18,948 bases of DNA from Kofleriaceae bacterium (GTDB taxonomy: Bacteria > Myxococcota_A > Polyangia > Haliangiales > Haliangiaceae): contig CBDCCZ010000057.1 of NCBI GenBank assembly GCA_965215005.1, positions 1 to 18,948 on the forward strand. Reading direction: 5' to 3'. Position 1 is the first letter of the stretch. Each line of letters begins with the position of its first letter. Shown one piece after another: positions 8,867 through 18,948 of this stretch. The notes under the pieces were generated by a model. It was not told where the DNA came from. It made no database searches and saw nothing but the letters and a program-made list of their open reading frames with translations. A program made the translations under genes and the position numbers.

Positions 8867-10696
8867 TCAGCGGAGCTCGACGATGCCCCGGCCCAGCAAG
8901 CGCGACAGATAACGATACGCCTCGAGCCGATTCATCCCCGCAACGTCGAGAATCTCTTCGAAGCAAAGCTGGCCATCGATGCGTGAGAGGAGAAAGGCGG
9001 CGCGGTTGTCGAGCTTCTCGCGCGACAGCTCGTGCATTGGCAGCGCCAGCATCGGCACGCCGCGCTCATCGCCTAAATAGCGCTGATAGATGGCAAACAA
9101 CAGCTCGCGATGACTATGGATGGTCTTTTGCGCCACCGCGCTATCCGGCTGCTCGTCGAGCGCGAGATCAAGCGCGGTCACGGCAACCAAATGCTGCCCA
9201 CCGTCGCTGGCGGCCGTGGCTCTATCGAGCAGCGCGGTGATGCGTCGCCGGATCCGTTCAGGCGGTGGCTCATCGCCGCCGTCGTCTTCATCAATCGAGC
9301 GCCGCAGGGCGTCGGCAACGTCTTCCATCGGCAGCGTCTCGAGCTCCATGCTGGCCATCGCGACGTCGGCGGCTCGCACGTAGCTAACGACACTTGCTGA
9401 GCTGTCGAGCTCGCTGGTTTCGACCTCGCCAGCGTAGTCGCTGTCGCTGCGAGGGGTGCTGGCAGCACGCTCGGTGGTGAGATCTTCCTCCAGTGGCAGC
9501 CCTGCAGCGCTCGCCCCGCTTCCCGGCTCGACGTCTTCGAGATCGTCGAGCTCTAGCGTGGGGATCGGGCGCAGCCACGGGGCGTTGCCATCGCGCTCAC
9601 GCGTGAGCTCGTCGTCGCCGCGGCCGAGCGCGCCGCGCATCGCGGTGAAATCGTCATCGGCGAGGTCGCGGAATGATGGATGCTCCGAGGTCGACTCATC
9701 GGTGCCTCGCGCCGTCGCGTCAGCCGCGCGCGAATGGCCATCGCGCTCGACGGTCCGCGCGTCATCGCCGGGCTGAAAATCTCCTAGATCGCGCGGCGCC
9801 AGCGTCGCGCCCGGCGGCAACAGCTCGAGCTCGCTTGGCTCCTCGAGCGATAGCCGGCCCCCGCGTTCGGTCGTGACCTCGTCAGGAGACAGCGGGCGCT
9901 CGCCCTCGAGCTCGAGACTCGAGAGCGCATCGAGCGCGTCGAGCGAGAGCTGCACGTCCTCGGGCAACGCGTCGACCTCGGCGGGATGGCCGCCCGGGAT
10001 CGTCGCCTCGCGAGTGGCTTCGGACCTGTCCGATTCGGCGCCACGCCAAGAGGCGCCACGCTCGATGGTGACCTCGCCCATCAGCGGCGGCAGCGGCTCG
10101 ATTCGTGGCGGTGCAATGGCCGCCGATCCACCGTCGTCGATGTCGGAGAAATCGAAGCTCGTGGTGCTTCGAGTGTGCTGCTCGTGGAGATCGCTGCCGG
10201 CCGGACCCAGCTCGAGCACGTCCTCCTCGAGCGCCAAGCCATCCACGGTTTCGGCCCGATCGGTGTTGGCGCGTCCCAGCTGCCGTGCCTGCTGCGGCGC
10301 CTTGGCCGGCTGCGCCAACTCGCGCAGCGCCCAATCTTCCTCGATTCCCCAGCCCTCCTCGACCGCCAGGTCGCGCAAAACCGGCGCGACCTCGCGCTCG
10401 ATGATGACCGAGTCGTAGGCATCATCGACGGGCAAGTCGCTGCCCTCGTCCTGCAGCCCGAACGGCGCCTCGTGCTCCTCCGCAGCAGCGGGATGAACGA
10501 ATCGCTCCATGAGCAGCTTGTAGTGCGCGCGAACATACGAGACGTAGTCGGTGGCGCGCGGATTATCGGGATCGAGCTCGAGCGCCTCGTCCCAATAGCA
10601 CAACGCGCTATCGAGGTCGCCGGCACCGTAGCGCTCAAGCCCCCGCTCGACCAGCTCGTCGGCCGCTTGCCTTTGGCTTCGCCCGCGCTCAGCCAC
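8867..10696 (-). CDS. Hypothetical protein: N-terminal TPR, long acidic low-complexity linker, TPR-like helices, C-terminal winged-helix-like domain
   Basis: 609 aa, starting 4 nt after the dnaK stop. [30 protein letters not shown]. The middle is D/E-rich. C-terminus: [14 protein letters not shown]...[25 protein letters not shown]. Confidence 0.8.
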   Translation of the reverse strand: MAERGRSQRQAADELVERGLERYGAGDLDSALCYWDEALELDPDNPRATDYVSYVRAHYKLLMERFVHPAAAEEHEAPFGLQDEGSDLPVDDAYDSVIIEREVAPVLRDLAVEEGWGIEEDWALRELAQPAKAPQQARQLGRANTDRAETVDGLALEEDVLELGPAGSDLHEQHTRSTTSFDFSDIDDGGSAAIAPPRIEPLPPLMGEVTIERGASWRGAESDRSEATREATIPGGHPAEVDALPEDVQLSLDALDALSSLELEGERPLSPDEVTTERGGRLSLEEPSELELLPPGATLAPRDLGDFQPGDDARTVERDGHSRAADATARGTDESTSEHPSFRDLADDDFTAMRGALGRGDDELTRERDGNAPWLRPIPTLELDDLEDVEPGSGASAAGLPLEEDLTTERAASTPRSDSDYAGEVETSELDSSASVVSYVRAADVAMASMELETLPMEDVADALRRSIDEDDGGDEPPPERIRRRITALLDRATAASDGGQHLVAVTALDLALDEQPDSAVAQKTIHSHRELLFAIYQRYLGDERGVPMLALPMHELSREKLDNRAAFLLSRIDGQLCFEEILDVAGMNRLEAYRYLSRLLGRGIVELR

Positions 10697-10700
10697 AAGC

Positions 10701-12536
<1,836 letters not shown>

Positions 12537-12588
12537 GGACTTCTATCATCCCCCCGTCGGCGCCCCTCGCGCCACTATCCTTGCCGAC

Positions 12589-13626
12589 TCACCCGGCACG
12601 CAGCCGCCGGACCGCCGCCAAGTCAGCGGCCAGCTCCGCGCCTAGAACATCGTTTTCTGACTTGAGCGAAAGCGCGCGCTGCAAGGTGGATTCTGCCTCA
12701 TCCAGGCGCCCGGCCGCGCGATAAATTTCCGCCAGAAGACGCGCCGCCGATGGGTTGCCAGGCTCGAGATCCCCTGCTTTTCTCGCATACTCCTCGGCAA
12801 TCTGCAATCGACCGGCTCGCTTGGCGCAGGTGGCTGCGCGGCGTAGATAGCGCGGCAACGGGTCGACGCGGATCGCCGCCGCAAACAGCGGCAACGCCTG
12901 CTGCTCGGCTCCCGCGGTCTCGGCGGCGCAGCCCTTTTCAAACAGCTCCGCCGCATGCTCCGCAGGCGTCTGCGCGGTTTGCGCCGCGCCGTTTGCGCCG
13001 CGCCCCAGCGACTGTAGGTAGCCAGCTCGCTGGCGCTCATCGGCCAACGTGTTGAAGGCGTCGTTGACGGCTTCGAAGATGCTGGCGAGCCGTTGCGCGA
13101 ACGAGCCGAGCTCTTTGCCGTAGTAGCGATCGGGATGAAACTCCTTGGACAAGCGGAAATACGCCCGCTTGAGCTCGCGCTTACTCACGCTGCGTTCCAC
13201 CCCCAACAGCTCAAAGTAGTCGCTGCCTTCGACCTTGCGACACAGCGCGAGGATGGCCAACCGTTCCTGTGGCGGCAACGCGACGTTCTCTGCCATCGAC
13301 GCTCGCTCGGAGTCATCGAGCGCGTCTTCGGCCAGCGTCGCCGAGGGACGAGGTGCCGCTCGTGCCGCAGGCGCTGCTTTGGCCGGCTCGCCCGGCAACA
13401 GCAATGCACCCGCGCTGCGCAGTCTGCGGACGATGGCCACCGCGCGCTCGGTTGGCAGGCCGCTCATGAGAATCAGCTCGCGAATGCTCGCGCGGCCATC
13501 CACGCGCGAGAACACGAAGTAGTCTTCCGCCGACAACGCCGCCGCGAGCGGATCGAAGTGCGGGTTGATCGATAGGCGCTGCGAGGCGGCGCCTAGATCG
13601 GGAATATCGGCTGGCAGGCTGCCCAT
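12589..13626 (-). CDS. Class C J-domain protein: N-terminal winged-helix-like domain, J domain, C-terminal TPRs
   Basis: ATG 13626 preferred. J domain DYFELLGV...ELKRAYFRLSKEFHPDRY...AFNTLAD..R..Y with intact HPD. TPRs such as ARLLAEIYRAAGRLDEAESTLQRAL. There is no G/F region or zinc finger, so it is not canonical DnaJ. Confidence 0.9.
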   Translation of the reverse strand: MGSLPADIPDLGAASQRLSINPHFDPLAAALSAEDYFVFSRVDGRASIRELILMSGLPTERAVAIVRRLRSAGALLLPGEPAKAAPAARAAPRPSATLAEDALDDSERASMAENVALPPQERLAILALCRKVEGSDYFELLGVERSVSKRELKRAYFRLSKEFHPDRYYGKELGSFAQRLASIFEAVNDAFNTLADERQRAGYLQSLGRGANGAAQTAQTPAEHAAELFEKGCAAETAGAEQQALPLFAAAIRVDPLPRYLRRAATCAKRAGRLQIAEEYARKAGDLEPGNPSAARLLAEIYRAAGRLDEAESTLQRALSLKSENDVLGAELAADLAAVRRLRAG

Positions 13627-13742
13627 CGACGGGCTTCGATTGTACACCGAGCCGGCGAGCTCGAGCGCGCTGCTCGAGCATCGTAATCGGCCGCGTGCCC
13701 TACATCGCGCTCGCCACATGCGAGGCGACGGCGGCGATCAGC

Positions 13743-14681
13743 TCACTGCGCTGGAGTGGTTAGCAGCAGCTCCAGCAGTGCTTTGCTCACGTGTAGGCGG
13801 TTTTCCGCCTGACGCCATACCGCCGACTGCGGACCATCGATGACGCTGGCAGAAATCTCCTCGCCGCGATGCGCCGGCAGGCAGTGCAGCACCACCGCGT
13901 CGGCGGCTTCAACCAACAGCTCTTCATCGACGCAGTAGCCGGCAAATGCGGCAGACCGCTCCCGGGCCTCGTCTTCTTGCCCCATCGACGCCCACACGTC
14001 GGTAGACACCACATCGGCGCCAGCAATTGCCGCCACCGGATCAGCCAGCACTTCAACGCGGCCCCTGCCGTGTTTGGCGATTGCGCCGCGAGCGCGCTCG
14101 AGAAGCCGAGAATCTGGCTCGTAGCCAGCTGGACACGCAAGCCGAAGATCGAGCCCGAGCAAACCGGCGGCGTTGATCCACGAGTTGGCCATGTTGTTGC
14201 CGTCGCCAATCCAGGTGAAACGCAGCTTGCGCACGTCGCCCGCGAGCTCGAAGGCGGTGAATAGGTCAGCCACCAACTGACAGGGATGCAGCGCGTCGGT
14301 GAGGCCGTTGATCACCGGCGATGGCGAGTATCGCGCCAGCTCCTCGCAGCGCGACTGGGCATAGGTGCGCATGACGATGCCGTGGCAATAGCGTCCGAGC
14401 ACCCGCGCGGTGTCGGCAACCGGCTCGCCGCGGCCAATCTGGCTGCCCTCACTAGAGAGATACACCGCGTGACCACCGAGCTCGTAAGCGGCGACCTCGA
14501 AGGACACGCGGGTTCGCGTCGAGGCTTTCTCGAACACCATGCCGACGATCTTGCCGGCCAGTGTTTGGACGCGATCGCCGCGCGCCCGCGCCGCTTTGAG
14601 CTCGGCACTGCGCCGAAGCAGCTCCAGAAGCTCATCCGCCGACAAATCCGTAAGTGAGAGAAAGTCGCGCTTGCGGCTCAC
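13743..14681 (-). CDS. argF: Ornithine carbamoyltransferase
   Basis: FEKASTRTRVSF, HPCQ, GDGNNMANS, DVWASMGQE, HCLPAHRGEE, QAENRLH. GTG start overlaps the argD stop. Confidence 0.97.
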   Translation of the reverse strand: MSRKRDFLSLTDLSADELLELLRRSAELKAARARGDRVQTLAGKIVGMVFEKASTRTRVSFEVAAYELGGHAVYLSSEGSQIGRGEPVADTARVLGRYCHGIVMRTYAQSRCEELARYSPSPVINGLTDALHPCQLVADLFTAFELAGDVRKLRFTWIGDGNNMANSWINAAGLLGLDLRLACPAGYEPDSRLLERARGAIAKHGRGRVEVLADPVAAIAGADVVSTDVWASMGQEDEARERSAAFAGYCVDEELLVEAADAVVLHCLPAHRGEEISASVIDGPQSAVWRQAENRLHVSKALLELLLTTPAQ

Positions 14682-15913
14682 GAAGCTCTCTCCGCGAGCA
14701 CTCCCTCGAGGATGTCGATGGCGCGATCGATGTCGTCGCGTCGAGCGATGAGCGCCGGAGCAAACCGCACCACCGAGCCGCCCGCGACGCTCAGCAGAAG
14801 ACCTCGCTCACGGCATGCCACCACGATCGGCGCCGCTGGCTGCGATAGCACCAAGCCCTGCAACAGACCGCGACCGCGGCTGCCCGTCGCGAGCGTCGGG
14901 TACGCCGTTGCCAGTGCCGCGAGCCGCTCGCCCAGGTGCGCCCCGACCTCCGCCGCACGCGCAATGAGCCCCTCGGCCTCGATGGTTTCGATGACCGCGT
15001 TGGCCGCCGCGCAGGCAAACGGATTGCCGCCAAACGTGGTCGCGTGAGGCACGGCGCCGCCTTCATGAAACGCCAACCCCTCGGCGGCCGCATTGGTGGC
15101 GACCAACGCGCCGATGGGCACGCCGCCCCCCAGCGCTTTGGCCAAGGTCATGACGTCGGGCGTGACGTCCTCGTGTTGATGGCCAAACCAGCGCCCCGTG
15201 CGGCCGATGCCAGTCTGCACCTCGTCGAAGATGAGTAGCGTGCCGGTGTCGTCGCACAGCCGCCGCAAGCCGGCCAGATATCCAGCTGGCGGCACGATGA
15301 TGCCACCTTCGGCCTGAATGGGCTCGACGATGATCGCGCACGCCGTGGCCGGCGCCAAGGCCCGCTCGGCGGCGGCCAAATCACCGTAGTCGATGAACTC
15401 GACCGGCTCGACGAGCGGCCCGAAGCCGTCGCGATATTTCTCTTGCCCGGTAATCGACACCGTCGCCATCGAGCGGCCGTGAAACGAAGCGTGGGTGGCG
15501 ATGAAGGCGGTGCGCTCGGGCTTGCCGGCGACCGTACTTTGATAGCGACGGGCGAGCTTGAGAGCCGCCTCGTTGGCCTCAGCACCGGAATTGCAGAAGA
15601 ACACCCGGTCGCCAAAGCAGCGCTCGGTGATGGCGCGAGCGGCGCGAATCTGCTGCTCGATGTGATAGAGGTTCGAGGTGTGCAGCAGGCGCCCTGCCTG
15701 CGCGCAAAGCGCCTCGGTGAGCGCCGGATGCGCATGACCCAGGCAGCACACCGAAATGCCGGCGGTCATGTCGAGATAGCTCGTGCCGGCGGCGTCGAAG
15801 AGCTGCACGCCCTGCCCTCGCACCATCGCGATGGGCTGCTGGCGATAGTTCTGGATGAGGACCTCGCTGGCTACGGCCAAGAGATCTGCTTGCGATTCGC
15901 TCGATGTGCTCAT
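14678..15913 (-). CDS. argD: Acetylornithine aminotransferase
   Basis: LHTSNLY, FFCNSGAEANEAALKLAR, FHGRS, EPIQAEGG, FDEVQTGIGRTG, TLAKALGGG (PLP lysine), TFGGNP. Lies between argB and argF with 4-nt overlaps. Confidence 0.95.
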   Translation of the reverse strand: MSTSSESQADLLAVASEVLIQNYRQQPIAMVRGQGVQLFDAAGTSYLDMTAGISVCCLGHAHPALTEALCAQAGRLLHTSNLYHIEQQIRAARAITERCFGDRVFFCNSGAEANEAALKLARRYQSTVAGKPERTAFIATHASFHGRSMATVSITGQEKYRDGFGPLVEPVEFIDYGDLAAAERALAPATACAIIVEPIQAEGGIIVPPAGYLAGLRRLCDDTGTLLIFDEVQTGIGRTGRWFGHQHEDVTPDVMTLAKALGGGVPIGALVATNAAAEGLAFHEGGAVPHATTFGGNPFACAAANAVIETIEAEGLIARAAEVGAHLGERLAALATAYPTLATGSRGRGLLQGLVLSQPAAPIVVACRERGLLLSVAGGSVVRFAPALIARRDDIDRAIDILEGVLAERAS

Positions 15914-16782
15914 GTCAGCTCCGTTGCAGCGGCGGCGTTGCCGATGACCTGAGTTCCGACGCCCGACTTGGTGAAGATTTCCAAGAGCAGCGCGTGCTCG
16001 AGGCGGCCGTCGATGATGTGGACCTTGCCAACCCCGCCGGCGATGGCGGCGAGGGCGTAATCGATTTTGGGAATCATGCCGCCGCCGATGACACCGTCGA
16101 CGATGAGAGCTGCGGCATCGCTAGCGGCAATCGTCTCGATGAGCGTGCCAGCGGCATCGAGAACGCCGGCCACGTCGGTCATGAGCACCAGCTTCTCGGC
16201 GGCGAGGGACTGGGCCAAGCGGGCCGCAAAGACGTCGGCGTTGACGTTGAGCGTCTCGCCGTCTTCATCCACCGCCAGTGGCGCGATGATGGGGATGAAG
16301 TCGGGCTCGAGGCGATCGATCAGCGCGCGGTCGATGGCGGTGATGTCGCCGACCAGACCGAGGTCGGGGTCTGAGCCCGCGCGCGTTGCCCGGGCCATGC
16401 CGCCGTCTTTACCCGTGAGGCCGACGGCGCGGCCGCCGAGATGGTTGATCAGCCGCACGAGCTCCTGGTTGAGCGAGCCGCCAAGGACCATCTCCACAAC
16501 CTCTAGAGTGGGCGCATCGGTCACGCGCATGCCGCTGGCGAAGGAGGGAGTAAGGCCGAGACGATCGAGCATTTGGCTGATCTGCTTGCCGCCGCCGTGC
16601 ACCACCACCACGTTGATGCCCACCCAGTCGAGCAGGATGACGTCTTGGGCAAACCGCTTTCGCAGCTCGAGATCCTCCAACGCGGCGCCGCCTACCTTCA
16701 CCACCACGGTGCGGCCGCGAAACTCGCGGATGTAGGGCAGCGCCTCGATCAGCACCCGGGCTTTGTCGATGAGCTCTTGCAC
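15910..16782 (-). CDS. argB: Acetylglutamate kinase
   Basis: LIEALPYIREFRGRTVVVKVGGAA, VVVHGGG, GMRVTD, LNVNAD, GGMIPK, HALLLEIFTKSGVGT. Probable GTG start at 16782. The N-terminal helix is of the arginine-sensitive NAGK type. Confidence 0.96.
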   Translation of the reverse strand: MQELIDKARVLIEALPYIREFRGRTVVVKVGGAALEDLELRKRFAQDVILLDWVGINVVVVHGGGKQISQMLDRLGLTPSFASGMRVTDAPTLEVVEMVLGGSLNQELVRLINHLGGRAVGLTGKDGGMARATRAGSDPDLGLVGDITAIDRALIDRLEPDFIPIIAPLAVDEDGETLNVNADVFAARLAQSLAAEKLVLMTDVAGVLDAAGTLIETIAASDAAALIVDGVIGGGMIPKIDYALAAIAGGVGKVHIIDGRLEHALLLEIFTKSGVGTQVIGNAAAATELT

Positions 16783-16928
16783 GCGGGCCGAGCATAGACG
16801 GGGCGCGCACACAGGTGAACCGAGCGGCGCCGCTGGCGGCACGAATCTCTGCCATGGCCCGTGCTTGCAATCACGTGGCGCCGTCGCCGCGAGCATTGTA
16901 GATTGACGCGTTGTTTCCAATGCCGGGT

Positions 16929-17573
16929 ATGCATCTACAGCGCCTCGCCGCGTTTGTCGTCTTCACCGTGGGTTTGTGCGGTGCTGCCGGTGCGGCTCCG
17001 GTGCAGCCGCGACCGCCTTCGTCGCCGGCCCCCGCGCCTACGCCGGCCCCTGCGCTCGCGCCGGCGAATGAGCAGCCCGCGCCATCGACGAGCGCCGGCT
17101 CATGGACCACCACCTTTGCGGGCGGCGCGCTGTGGCCGCTGCAGGCGATGGAAACCACGCACCAGCAGAGCTTGGCAGCCGGGCTGCGCATTGGCTACAC
17201 CAGCCCGTACGTGGTCGGCATCGACCTCGCGCTCGACTACGCTCCGCTGTCGCGCCTGGCCGTCAGCGAAGACGAGTCGTTTCAAACCCACTTCGCCAGC
17301 GCCCAGCTGATGCCCAAGCTCAGCGTCGGCCGTGGCGTGGTCCGGCTGTGGCTCGGGGCCGGCGGCGGGTATGCCGTCGACCGCACCACCGCCACCGCCG
17401 GCGACGCCGCCACGACCACCGAGTACGCTCCGATAGCCACCGCGGCCGCAGGACTAGAGCTTCACGTGGTGACGGGCGCTGGGCTGGCGGTCATCGGCAG
17501 CTACAGTCGGCTGTTTGGGCAGCTCGAGTATCAATACGCCACCGCCGTTGGCGGCTTGATCTTCGAGTTTTGA
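16929..17573 (+). CDS. Outer-membrane beta-barrel protein (about 8 strands, OmpA/OmpW-like)
   Basis: Signal peptide MHLQRLAAFVVFTVGLCGAAGA, Pro/Ala linker, about 8 amphipathic strands (LAAGLRIGY, RLWLGAGGGY, AAAGLELH), and C-terminal ...GGLIFEF ending in Phe (BAM-type signal). Confidence 0.75.
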   Translation: MHLQRLAAFVVFTVGLCGAAGAAPVQPRPPSSPAPAPTPAPALAPANEQPAPSTSAGSWTTTFAGGALWPLQAMETTHQQSLAAGLRIGYTSPYVVGIDLALDYAPLSRLAVSEDESFQTHFASAQLMPKLSVGRGVVRLWLGAGGGYAVDRTTATAGDAATTTEYAPIATAAAGLELHVVTGAGLAVIGSYSRLFGQLEYQYATAVGGLIFEF

Positions 17574-17615
17574 AGCCGCGCCAACCTTCCGGCCGCGGAC
17601 GCCGCCGTCACGGCG

Positions 17616-18948
<1,333 letters not shown>

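Noticed and set aside
7950..8912. 320-aa ORF antisense to argG, and similar shadow ORFs opposite hslU, argB, yihA and the lipoproteins
   Set aside because: They overlap confidently identified genes, have no recognisable motifs, and are expected in high-GC DNA.
13659..13679. GCTCGAGC-N5-GCTCGAGC palindrome pair upstream of the J gene
   Set aside because: CTCGAG/TCGA words are very frequent throughout the window, there is no U-tract, and it does not match CIRCE. It cannot be told from background.
16837..16869. Two sigma54-like motifs (CGGCACGAATCTCTGC and TGGCCCGTGCTTGC) before the OMP gene
   Set aside because: GG-to-GC spacing is 11 and 9 nt, whereas sigma54 requires exactly 10.
17603..17615. 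CGCCGT-C-ACGGCG inverted repeat between the OMP gene and hslU
   Set aside because: Too short, with no T-tract on either strand, to call a terminator.

Overview
GC-rich bacterial chromosomal window. Its gene content (Ser/Thr kinase, PEGA protein, Cys-rich lipoproteins, specialised Hsp70/J-domain proteins) points to Myxococcota, by inference. Left to right: the 5' end of a Ser/Thr kinase (-); a divergent beta-propeller-like lipoprotein and PEGA protein pair (+); a small accessory islet holding a degenerate IS transposase C-terminus, an orphan Phd/YefM antitoxin and a lipoprotein with an internal duplication; rimI and yihA/engB (-); coaE and an extended SDR (+); then a long minus-strand block, hslU - [beta-barrel OMP, +] - argB - argD - argF - [J-domain protein - dnaK paralogue - TPR/acidic protein] - argG. 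The most notable item is the three-gene Hsp70 module inside the arginine cluster. Its two flanking genes share an approximately 47-aa winged-helix-like domain at opposite termini, and its DnaK has a diverged substrate-binding region and lid. No rRNA, tRNA or CRISPR array was seen. Family assignments come from motif recognition by eye, not from database searches.
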